64,000 bases of DNA, from NCBI GenBank assembly GCA_002633005.1, contig NMRA01000097.1, positions 509,721 through 573,720 of the forward strand, given 5' to 3'. The notes below the pieces were generated by a model. The model was not told where the DNA came from. It saw only the letters and a list, made by a program, of their open reading frames with translations, and ran no database searches. A program made the translations under genes and the position numbers. Within the stretch, counting starts at the first letter, position 1; the number at the start of each line of letters is the position of its first letter. This DNA is from Phoronis australis. Taxonomy: Eukaryota; Animalia; Phoronida. Positions 1 to 12,500 of this stretch are shown in pieces.

Positions 1-126
1 TATTTTAAACCATCAGAATTGAGCGAGAGCAGATTGCTTGCAGTTAAGTTTTATGGGAATGTCTATCAACGACGTACAGTGTCATATGAAATGCGTATCC
101 AGCGCAAAGAAACATCTACTGTCACA

Positions 127-214
127 GGTCGTGGGTCAAGGGGTTTGTGGGTCGAAGGTGTCGTGGGTCAAGGAGGTCGTGGGGTTTTGGGGGTCGCAGG
201 GATCGTGGGGTATG
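127..214. repeat. G-rich minisatellite (GGGGTCGTGG-like units)
   Basis: Repeated ggtcgtggg/ggtcaaggg units. Confidence 0.7.
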
Positions 215-368
215 GGATTCGAAGTTTTAAAATAATCCTTTTGTTAAGACTTGTCTTATTCGAGTTAACATTTCTCCCGTGGGAAATGACTGTCGTTGAT
301 ACGCAGAGTGCAGGTTGGTCTCGCGCGATTACATTTCGTGAAAGTGTCGTTTTTGAGAATACTCTTAC

Positions 369-582
369 ACAGTGAAGTATGATGTTGCATATCGAACCCG
401 TTGTCCGTCGCGCGGAGAATTCTTTGATACACTATTGTTGAAATAGGTCCAGGCGTTGAACATTCGGCTCCGTTAAACGTCAGGTACCATCGGGAACATC
501 CGGGTGAGCCGTGCTGTCGCAGATCTCCGTTGAACTGTACCGCTAGCATACTCTGAGCTGATCTCTTGGTGTATGTGGCCGA
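369..582 (-). CDS. Exon 11: CTHRC1-C domain C, part 2
   Basis: ttctgcag|...T|gtaaga; SATYTKRSAQSMLAVQFNGDLRQHGSPGCSRWYLTFNGAECSTPGPISTIVY...MQHHTSL; phase 0-1. The next exon lies outside the window. Confidence 0.92.
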
Positions 583-3500
583 CTGCAGAACACATGAATC
601 GTACAAGAACATCTCATTAAAGAACTACCTGAACGATATACCATAGTGTGGAAATGAGCACAAGTAGGTCATGCTTTAGACAACACCTAGCTACTCAGTT
701 GGCCGGATAGGGGTAACGTGCATAATACTCCCCCTAAGCTTTCAGTACTGATTTTGTCCCGTGCACTTTAAACAGGCGGTAGGCGAAATCCGCTAACAGA
801 CTATGAGATTTTCACAACATAAAATATACCTTTACTTTTAAACTTGACATTTAAATGCGCTTACTTTGCAGTGATCTTTTCTTGTTCTAAACATATCTCC
901 GAGGAAACATTGAGATACCTAATTGGCAAAGAATTCGAATTCCAAATTTTGGTCGCCGTAAACTGGGGCGTGACCCTTGAAAAATGGAATGGGACGATAA
1001 GGTGGAGTTTGTGTCGCTTTTACTTTTTGTTCGTGATTCCACGTATTTTCCTCAAAATGACACCCGTGGTGGGAATCTCGGGCTGACCGCTAACGATTTT
1101 CATCGATATGTGTAGGTCATGTTGACTAAATGGTATCCAGAGGCATGACAAGTGTTAACTAAAATCCCATGTGCATGTAACCATGTTTTATTTGATCGCA
1201 TTCGCTGTATTTTGAGTAATTCTAAAGGGGTGTACTATCGCCCCCTTCGCCAGCTATATTCAGGGCGATGTTATTGCTCAGTCACGCTCAGGTTTTTCAA
1301 GCCCATATCTATTTTAAAATTGCAGCTCTTATGACCACGAACGAAATGGCATTTGCGTTGCAGCACGCCAGTTAAGCATCTCATTCTGCCTTGCACGGAA
1401 GATTTTAGATGGATAACATAAAGGGTATGCACTGCATAATTTTTAGAACTTCGTAGCACTAAAGTAGAAACTCTGCCTGTTTGCGGGATTCTAATCAATC
1501 CATGTCCTGCCCCTTCTTTACTGCACCATTGGCATTCACAAAAGCAGGTTTAAATTAAAAGTCATGCTTACTGAGTCAAAAGAATGGCTCCAAATGTTTG
1601 AGATTTGACGGGTGTACAAAATCAATGGGTCGTGGACTGTAGCGGAAAACTCCATGAGTACATTCTCTTGTCAATTTATTGTATAATTCAGATTCATGTT
1701 TTAAGTTACGCTTGTATGGGAAAACGATGTTTACGAGGATTAAACTATCAATTATGTTGAACAATAAAAGGCAGTAAATAAAAATATTTACCAATCACAA
1801 ACTGATAAACCTTGTTCTGTTACACGTGGTAGTCAGAAATTGAACATCTACAGTAAGTTTCAGAGTAAGAAGCCCTTGACACATACACGTAGGCAAAACT
1901 TCCGTCAAAACGTCTTTACCCAAGTTTCCTTTACTACCATTTTAAAATAAGTCCCATGTTTAAGACCTTCTTAGTTTAACAAAAATAAATTAGTCTATTA
2001 AGATGTCTGAGATAGTACTTTGCTCAGTAATAATGCGCTGCGCACGTTCTCCGACTCATCCATATTTTCTGAAAAATTACGCAGGAACGTTTTACATTTG
2101 AAAAGTACACCTTTGTATCAGGTTCAGCACAATAAAGTACCCACGAAACATTTAAAAGCTCCTACAGTTCATGACTCACCGCCTATCACAGGGCATTTCC
2201 CCGTATTTAGTTTTAAAGAGCTGGATTAGAAAGTTGTTGACAGTATTTGTTTATTATACTTTTAACCGTTGTTGTTGTTGCACTTGGCCGTTTTGGAAAA
2301 CATGACTTTCACTGTTATATTTTTAGACATCAACAGAATTTACTGAGTTTTTTTAAAGTAACTATTAAAAACGATGTTTAACAACTTTTGAAGACCTCAA
2401 CAGCCGATTTCATGAAGTGCTTTAAAGTTAAACCTGGTTTAAGCTGGACTTAGAGCAGGTTTAAAGATAATCTGAATTCCATAATGCTGGTTTAACTTTT
2501 AGACCAGTGGTCTACTAAAACCTGATTTAACTCCAGTAAAGACATGGTCTAAATCAGTTTTCATTTCCCCAACGAGGTCTATACTCCTTAGACCTGCATT
2601 AAAATCGTAAACCAAGTTGAACTTTAGACTTGGACAGACTCATGTTTAATACTATTTGAATATGGCAGACTTTTGCTATATAGGTGCAACTGAATGATGC
2701 CGTGGTGTGCATTTCCAACGCAGTCTTAGAGCGAGGACAGACCAATTCCAATATTCACTTTTAGAACGACACAAGATCAAACGTAACAGGGGGATCAGGA
2801 ACTTTTATAGGGGGGTCGGTACAATGATTTTTAAAAGGAGTGTCTGGCTCAACAATTTGAAAATTGTAGATTAGATATCACTGAAATTAAAGGAAAAGGG
2901 GGGGGGCGGACCCCCTCCCCCTTGACACCCTGGATCCACCTATACGTAGACCAGCACGTACTGAAGGGTGTAATTCGAATTCCTCAGAAGTTGACGGGTC
3001 GAGCAGAGCGTCATCGTCGCAAGCGCAACGCGTATGCCTGAAAAGGGCATCTAAGGATTCTTCTGACCGAGTTGAGTCTCAATTGGTCCTCGATTAAGGT
3101 TGTCGGGCAGGGTCCTCCCCCCCCCACACGGAACTATGTGTTTGAATTTACTTTGTTGCGGCTAATTGTGAGCAAATACTTTAATGTGTGTATATGTTGG
3201 ACACAGAATGAAAAACATCTCCTCATGGTATCCTAGATCTGCCACTGGATCCCTCACCGATGTTCTGAGCATTTTTTCACTGATGAAATTTTGTTCCTTG
3301 CCTTTATTATGGAGCAAATTCTCTCCGAGCTTGCTGACTTGATTTGGCACCATATCACTTGTTCTTAATGACATTTGCTGTTCCTGTCATCGGTTATGGG
3401 AGGGAGCACTTTTTCCTCGTGAGAAAAGATTTCAGCCCTTTTCCGCAAATGTCTTCAATGATTCTACTGCTGTGTGCCATTGTGTACCCACGTGATCAAG

Positions 3501-6500
3501 GTTCCGTTGAATCATTCCAATAGCTTCTTGGTTGGGTTAATCCGGACCAACACACTGAGGTGGCTTGAATACTTAAACCTGGTTTTACTAAATCCGCTTT
3601 ATGGTCTAAGAAAACCAGACTTTCAGACTTTTATGCATGTTAGGAGTAAAATTAGACCAGGTTTAGGAAGACCATGGTTACAGATTAAACCTGGTTATAA
3701 AAAACCACCTTTATGAAATCGGCTGCAACTGTTACGCTCAATGGTTTCTAACAAATACATGTATCCAATACGGGTTGCAATACACCAGCCACTCGGTCCA
3801 CTGGTCGAAATTGTTGTCTAGGAAAGAGAAAAAACCGTCAATACAATCCACCAAGATTTCACATAAATATGTAATATATATATACTCTGTGCGCATGCGG
3901 ACCCTCGTTACGACTAGACTATTTACTCACAGCACGTTCGATATGCCCGTTGTCTGTATCATCATTCAACGCCCACCAACTCCATTGGTGAAAGTTGTAC
4001 TCGGGCAATCGTTGGGTGCTACCGTCTCGTGTCACAACTGTTGGCAAATAGATTACCGTGTAGTAGTAATACACTTTATTCACCCCGACAAAAATACAGA
4101 TTTACGCTTACGGAGACTCCGTGAAGTACCCGAAGGTTCCGCTGACCACGTAGCCACCACAGAATGAAAAATACTGTGTTACAGGTAATCAGAATTACAA
4201 AAATTAGGTGATAATGTAATTTAAAACTACTTGTAAAAAGACTAGGAGTGATTATCGAAAATAGTTACACACAAAGCAGTTGGAAATAGTGCACTCAAGT
4301 TCATAACTTTCAAAACAAACATTCTTAAAATAATTTATAACATAGAGTAACGAATGGGTAAACAGTTTTTGGGAGACACGTTCAGGAACGTTAATAATGA
4401 TATGGGGTGGGCATTGCGAAGTCAATCTTCAGCACAACAAGGAGTTTGTAGAAGGTGCCGTTGCCTAGTGTAAAGTTTATAACAGACCCACGGGTTAATA
4501 AATTGAACGTGTTAAAAATGAAGATAAGTAATTAAGAACATATTAGTAGAAAAATTTAATAATAGCAACAACATACAACTCGTTTTTTTGAGTATCTGTG
4601 TAGTCTTAAATAAACTTAAGAATCTGTATGGGCATTAAAATAACTAGAGGTACATTGTAATACTGAGAATAACCTTTTCTGTAATTTGAAAATTCTATGA
4701 TGTTCACACCCCCATAGTAGAATGTCATAATTAAAATGAGGAAGGACAAAACCATTATATACACTGTTCAACGTTTCAAAGGGCAAGAAATGTTTTATGT
4801 TATTAAGAACACCACAGAATCTGTTTATCTTTCTCAACAAATCGTTTATGTGTGGACTCCATAATAAGTTTTGTTGATGGTAACACCAAGTAAATTGAAA
4901 GAGCGAACTCAATCCGTGTACAAGACATTACCCAACAACCAGAGCCAAAACTGCATTAGCCTAACGACGTATGGTTTTATTAAGTTCCCACAGTATTCAG
5001 AAACCTATTTACAATACGGAATCGGCACTCATTAGGCAGTATCATTTTCTCAATACGTAAACAACAACGCAAGCAATATTGTGACGTGTATGAAGGAATG
5101 TTACGTGTTCTAATGAAGCCAAGAACAGATAAAATAAGTACAAAGGTACACCGTATAGCGTCAGTTCAGAATTGAAAATCCATATATATTTTAAACAGCA
5201 GTACCTGCACTGATGTCAAGGTTATAGCGAATTTCTTCCACGATAATTTTGCTTACGGAGTTCCAGCCCGTTGAGCCGTATATAGTAGAGCCCGCCGATC
5301 TGGCAATATGGATTTGAATGGATCTTAACCCTGCTTTGATGTTGTCGCACAAACCTTCAACTACAACAAGAAATCAAGTCCATTGCTTGTTCCATGAGTC
5401 AGAACAGAACACGTGTAACCTCAATGCAGCGACATGGTACAACACTTCATGTCATTGACATGTCGTTCGCACATGCGCTGCCATACTTTAAATTTAGTCT
5501 GTAGACAGATGGCAAAGGTAAACAGTGATGGGTTGCCAGCTCATGAAATGTTTTCATGGTGGAGCTAGGAGAATGTTGCATTCAATGTGCTTTTATATAC
5601 AGTGTATGTAATCGTTTAATTCAATTGTTTTGTTTGGGAAGACATGGAGGTGGGAATTGCAAATTCTCTTCACTGACATCAAAACGAGACAATACCGACC
5701 CTTTAATTGACATCGATAAATAGCTGTTGTTCATTTCTCAGACTTTAACAGATACTACAAAACACCCGACGTAAGTCCTGTGACCGGTTGCATAAAACAC
5801 TCCCAAATGGGGACTCCACCGGGTTTATTCAATCTTTTGTGTATTTGTTTCGTTCTACCCTCAAAGTTATAATATTTTATACCACAATATTAGCCTCGAA
5901 TGGCAGATACAATCGTGTAATAACCCATAAAGACATCTCACCAGTGAGATAACGTTTGGCGGGAAACCGAGGACGGAGTCCAACACGGGACCCTGCAATT
6001 GGTGGTCGCCGACTTTACCACTACACCATGCAGCGACTGACGTCATCAAGAGTGAAAATAGAATACTTAAATGAGCACGCGCAATAATCGCATGTTCAAC
6101 AAACCGCATTGTACTGTACTTATACGCTACAAAAAATAAGAAACATAATTTCCATAAAAATGATATCTTAATTCCGTGAATTTTTTCTCTCATGTACTCG
6201 TACTTCTAAATCACCCATCTCCAGTTTGATTGCGGGTATCGTGCCTTCAGGATCTTTGACTTGAGTATTATATTCAGTTACCAGTGGTAACCTGCTTTAG
6301 CAGGCGATAATTTCCCGGTCGAAGCTTAGCGTGAAAAAACGTGTTTTAAGCTATAATAGTTAGTAAACCTTAATTTATAAATTCAATATTTTTCTATTAT
6401 ATTTAAGTTTTCAATTGGTTTTGAGTTAAATCATTATTTGACAAAAATGCCCTGCTTTTCTTAAAAGGTCACGACCTCCGATCCCGGGCCTCTGCCGTGG

Positions 6501-9500
6501 AGAGTCAGAAAAGGTAAATTGATTCATTGCAATGTTTCTCGTTCAGTATGTGGTATAAATAGATTATTACATATTCTCAGCCGTTATCCCCTTATCTAGA
6601 GCCCTTTTGGATTTTGGAGAATTATCACCCTCGTGGCTAACGCCCCTCGGGCGATAATTCTCCAAAATGACCTCGGGCTCTAGATAACGGGGGATAACGA
6701 CTTCGCCATGTAATAATCTATATTTATACCACAATATTGGCCTCGAATGGCAGATACAACCGTGTAATAAACCATAAAGTTATCTCACTAATTAGATAAC
6801 ATTTTGGCGGGAAACCAAGGCCGGATTCGAACCCGGGCCTCATCAGTTGCGAGTCGCCGACTTTACCACTACACCACTCAGCGGCTGACGTCATCGAACG
6901 TGAAAATAGAATACTTAAATGAGCACCCGCAGCAATCGCATGTTCAGCAAAGTGCATTGCGCCGACAGTTATACGCTATGAAACATAAGATGCATAATTT
7001 CCATAAAAACGATATTTTAATTCAGTGAATTTTTTCTCTCGTGTTCTCTCACTTCTAAATCACCGATCTCCAATTTGAATGCAGCTATCGTGTGGTCGGG
7101 ATCCTTTGACTTGAGCATTATAGTCAGTTACTAGTGGTAACCTAGTTTAGCAGACGATATATTCCCGGTTGAAGCTTAGCGTGATAAAATATGTAGTAAG
7201 CTATAACAGTTGCTAAACCTTAATTTATAGGTTCACTTTATTTATATTTTGTTTTATTTTTCAATTGGTTTTGAGTAAAAGCATTATTTTACAAAAAATA
7301 TCTCGGCTTTTCTTAAAAGGACACCACCTCCCACCCCGGGCCTCTGACATAGAAAGTAGTTAAAAAGCCGATGCGAGTCGAGAAAGGTAGATCGATTCAT
7401 TGCAATGTTTCTTGTTCAGTAGCCGGTACAAATGGAATATTACATGTTAACAGAAGTTATCCCCCTTATCTAGAGCACGAGTGGATTTTGGAGAATTATC
7501 GCCCGAGGGGCCATGTAATAATCTGTATTTATCTATCACTTCATCTTTACCATGAGCTTCTCTTTAACTGATGTCATTTTCTAATAATATAACTAAAGAC
7601 TCAGCCTTTACTTCGGTAAAAAATAGTAAAGTGAGACTTAGTCCTTAGATTAGGTGCGTTACATGGAGAGGTCCCTATTTATTTTCAATGATCTTGAGAA
7701 TTCATCTTAAATTTCAATCTCCATTTGTATCAAAGCCAAATGTTGACTTACTTAAAGGAGAAGGCAACGGCTACCTATTTCATGTCATTTTGAGAAAAAA
7801 AGGTTCGTTGATTATTCTAGATATATTTTTGAGTTAATTATAGCTTTGGCAATTTAAACAATTACTCGTCCTCTACTCCGGAAGTGACGCTTTGGGAGGC
7901 AAGAATTCCGGGCCAATTTATTTCCATATGGTCTAACTGTGAGAGCTGCCGAGTCGGTCATTGTTCTATCTCGGTTGTGGTAAGTTCGGTCGATCTTTGT
8001 TTTTGTTTATGAGTCAGTCAACATGCCACACTGTTGTTGCGCACCGGGATATACTCATTATCGTCACACGGACAGAAGAACAACTGTCCCACTTGTCCGA
8101 GTGTCCAGCGACACATTCCCACTGCATAGTGACCTGGCACACAAACTGCTTACAAATCCTGTGTGACTCACTCGCCACACAACTGGCACCTTCTAATGAT
8201 AGCTCCAATGCTTTAGACAAATCCACAATAAACTTATCAAAGTTTGCCTCACCGATCTGTTCATTGAACAATGAACTATCCTCTTCAATGGGTGTCGAGC
8301 TTGACCTGTATTCACTCCTACTACTCAACATCACAGCAGGGCTGCCTACAGGCTCTGGGGGATAATGAGTACATGCCGGTACGCAGCAACAGTGTGGCAT
8401 GTTGACTGACTCGTAAACAAAAGCAAACAACGACCGAACTTATCACAACCGAGATAGAACAATGAATGACTAGGCAGCTCTCACAGTCAGACCATATGAA
8501 AATAAATTTGGTCCGAAATTCTTGCCTCCCAAAACGTCAGTTCCGGAGTAGAGAACGAATAATTTATTAAATTACGAAAAGCTGCAATTAAGTGAAAAAT
8601 ATGTCTGAGATAATCAGCGATCCTTATTTGCTAAAAATGACATGAAAAAGGTTGCCTTCCCCTTTAACAGATTCAAACAACAGAACGAAGGGGGATCAGT
8701 GTTTTTTCCGACACACGAATACGCAGTAGATTTAGTAGTGTCCATACTTGGGAGTGTTTCATGCAACCGTGTACTGAAGCTCTCGTCTGGACGCGTGGGC
8801 TTCACGACAAAGGTTCGTTAAAGCATTTGTGAGATACACTGTATATTCCAGTTCACTTACTAACTCCAGTTCCATCCAAGGTACGGTCAACCGCTCGTTT
8901 TTCAGAGTGGGAGAAAATACCATCTATGACACCAGGGCTTGTGCAATCATGGCCGTCAAAACGAATATAGTAGTACAGCTGGCCATATCGGTGCAAGGTG
9001 ATAGTGGATTGAAAAAGAACACGAATAGCAGAGTCTGCTGCTCTCTTAAAGTAGTGGTACGACTGAAATACAACAGGAGGCAGTGTGAGGCAAGAAACGC
9101 AGTAAAGAAGTTTCCAAGTTTTGGGTTACTTAGGGTTACCCCAAAATGTTACCCAAACCGTTGCTCCTTGAATATTATATTACTACTAAAGCAAACATTT
9201 CAAAATTACTGTGAGTGGAGGCCATTTCTTCCAGAACAATAATGTTGCCGTTTCATGGTGTTTCTAAATTCGCTTTAGTGTTCCCCGTTTCCATGCAATA
9301 GCATTAAATTTATAGGAAGCGAACTAAGCTGTCAATCACTGGAGTGCATTTGTCACTTGAGATGCATGTTGTTGGTGCTTGCAGTGGTTCCACTATACAG
9401 TCCTTCATTGGTGTGTTAACTACAACCACGCTATTCCAATCAAATAGATGTTGCAATGCCGTCAGTTACCGACGAATAAAAATATAAAATCGTAAAGCTG

Positions 9501-12500
9501 CGTAAAACTAAAATGACTAGCGCCGGTACTAAAATATATTAAAATATCCCCACGTATCGAGCGATGCGCTCTTTTTCAAGGGTGTACTACAGACTGATAA
9601 ATACATGTGGATAGAACTAAAATGAAATGGCACAGGGGACCTCATAGTGACATGCAATAAACGTGTCATACGTAGGCCTGCCCCACTTGTAGTTGTCATG
9701 TCCTGTTTTGTTCATATTTTTCACGGTTATTGTATGTTGGATGGTGATTTTTCAAAATACATGTATATCTGGTTAACATAGAACAGTGACGTTTTAAGGT
9801 CAATCCACGAATTCTCCCTTAGTAGTGCGTCTGGATTGTGGCGTGACAACTTTACAATACAAGGAACACAGTGAAGAAACTGACAGTAAGACCAAAAAGT
9901 TTTCAAAGTTTTTGCTTATAGAGTAACATGGGGCAAACCGCCCCTATTAAGCAAAAATCTGTTTGTCTTCCTCCATAGGTTTCAGAAATACTTCGAAATA
10001 ACTGCATTTGATTTCGGTTAGATTGATCTACATTATATCACAAACAGATGCCGATATTCTTAATCCAAAAAATCACAGATCAAAAACTAAAGAATTAAAT
10101 TTGGCCTTTTGCCCCATGCTCGGGGCAAAACGCCTTTTCACAGGGTGCAAGAGGTCTGGCATGGGCGTTATGCCCCATATGTGATTGACACAGTACCCCA
10201 AGTATGCACACTTAAAATATACTTTCTATAAAAGTTTAAAAATATCAATTTTATGAGTGGTTAAGTCGTGTTAAGTTGAACAGTAAAATGTCAATCTTTA
10301 AGTACTGCATGCTAAGAAGCTGGTGTATTTATAGAAATAAGCACATCATAAGAAATGCACATTACTTTATTCAACAAAGCAAAAAATCTAGCTTATCTAT
10401 CAAATTTATAGCAACACAGTAACAGTCGCTATAATTATTCGCAGATGGGAAACACGAAGATGAGTAAATCAGGTGTGCAGGTCTCATGTGCCCAGTTGTG
10501 GCACTTCTGGCACTGCAGCCACAGTTCCCGAGGTGTTGAGCAACTCTATGACTCTCCGAACACCAGACACATCTCGTCCTCCTCTCGGGATTTACATTTG
10601 CGTGTCTTTTCCTGTGTTTTTTTTTCTTCGCTGACTGGGATGTTTGCCTTTTTTCCTCTAGCTTTCTCTTTTAGGGTGATGAAGTGACTACAGCCGCTGT
10701 TTCTGCCCTCGATGTCGAGTGCCGGGATGAGCTCGGCAATGGCGACAGTTGTCTTATGATGTCTTCGATTTCCTCTTGCTCAAGAACTCTCTTGTCCTGC
10801 AGAACACGTGTGTAGTGACCAACATCGTCACCAATCCTTGTAAATCGTACAATCAGGGACTCCTTCTCAGGCTTTCCGATTCCGAATTGTGCGATAACAG
10901 CGTCGTCAGAATTCAGCACGGTGATGTTATTTTCAATCACTTTGCTTAATGCCGCCAGCTCTAGTTTTCCTGGCATGCACGTCGGGTCAGCTAAGGCAGC
11001 TATGCTTTCTTTCATCGAGTTGTATTGCAGTTCCCTCGGTAGGTCCCCATTGATTACCTCCGTATTCAACCCCTCATATTCATCGATGTTCTGGCACAAT
11101 CATGCAATTCATCACTTTCCCTCTCAGGCCATCAGCTTGGGTAGTCTCTTATAAATCCATGATAGGATCTAACGGTCGTCCATGCTGATCTCTCTCCGCA
11201 TTTTGGAGATGCATCTCCATAGAGATTACCAAACTGCAGGAAAGACAGCGTCCATCCCCCGACGTTTGTATTTCTCTAACCGTCGACGGTATTTCGACGG
11301 CGTTCTACGTCAGTGAGTCTGCCAATACCACAGAAGGCGAGCAGCATCTTGTTCTTCCTTCGAGATCACCATGAAGGACCCTTCAAAGTCTTCATCTCCA
11401 AACACGTTTAGGTCAAAAAGCCATAACCCGCAAGCCAGAAAGCCATTTACGGCTCTCGCAGTCGGGGACGGCTGTGAGAAGAAATGCTTTGCCTGATAGT
11501 GCTGCAGTTTCGTAAATAGTGATTATCCCCCTGTGTTGGCCGTCATCCAGCTGTCAGCCTCTTTATTAAAGGCGGCCTTTAAGAATTTGAAGTAACATCT
11601 GTCAAGCGGTTGTAATTTGTGGGTGCAGTGCGGTGGAAACTTTATCAGTTATATGCCTTTATCGCGACAATTGTCGACTGCTTGAAGCGTTTTGTGACAA
11701 TGGTGCCCGTCTAATAAAATAATGTGAGGACTTTCCTTCGAACAGTTCGTCACTTTATTAAAATGTTCCAACCATTCACAAAACAGATCTGCATTTGTCC
11801 ATCCACTGCGACTGGCGCGCCCGATTGACAGTGGAGGAGCATTAATCATTAGCTCTCCTGCATTCGCTTTCTGGGAAATATATACGTAGGGGGTGCATGT
11901 ACCGGAAGCACTACATACACAACTCAAGTGACCAATGCTCCTCGTTCACCACTTGTTATTCTCCCAACCTGACGAACGCCTTTGCAAGCCATTACTTTCC
12001 GTGCTTGCTGGACCGTTGTGAAACCTGGTCTCATCCATATTCCAAATCCTTGATGGCAAGTAATTGTGTTCATTTAGACAATCCTGGAGTAGGCTTTAAA
12101 AGCCAGAAACTCGCTGTTTGTTAAACTGCAAAGCCCTGGACATACTTGCGCCGGTGGGTTTTCTCAAACTGAGGTCGTGTCGCCTGAGGAAAGCCTTAGC
12201 CCAGTCTGTTCCTGCCAACTTGGTTGTCGTGTTGAAGGGATGATCAAAGCCGTTTCAGTGACATCGAAAGCAAGTCTGCGCAAGTCATGCATGTACAGCC
12301 CGAACAAACGACGCTGCATTCCCTATACAGTGGCGGATTTAGAGGGGGACCAAGGGGGCCATGGCCCCCCTAATCTCTCCTAGATTCGATTTGGCAATTC
12401 GAGGGTGTGAATTTCTGACGGGCAAAATCCTGGCTAATACTCTGCCCTGCCTCCCCCCCTAACTAAAAATCCTGGATCCGTCCCTACTCTACGTGTGTTT

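Noticed and set aside
19-375. 118-aa plus-strand ORF with a Gly/Val-rich (collagen-like?) stretch
   Set aside because: It is produced by a G-rich minisatellite in an intron, is not Gly-X-Y, and lies opposite the real gene.
6804-6887. Functional tRNA gene (also ~5957-6040 and ~47140-47222)
   Set aside because: A and B boxes are present, but the acceptor stem does not pair cleanly, the three copies differ in the anticodon arm, and all are embedded in a larger repeat.
8829-9242. 137-aa plus-strand ORF (likewise 3775-4167)
   Set aside because: Antisense shadows of exons 8 and 10.
9310-9420. Candidate extra minus-strand exon (NTPMKDCIVEPLQAPTTCISSDKC)
   Set aside because: No suitable donor, and exon 7 already joins exon 8 in phase with continuous CTHRC1 homology.
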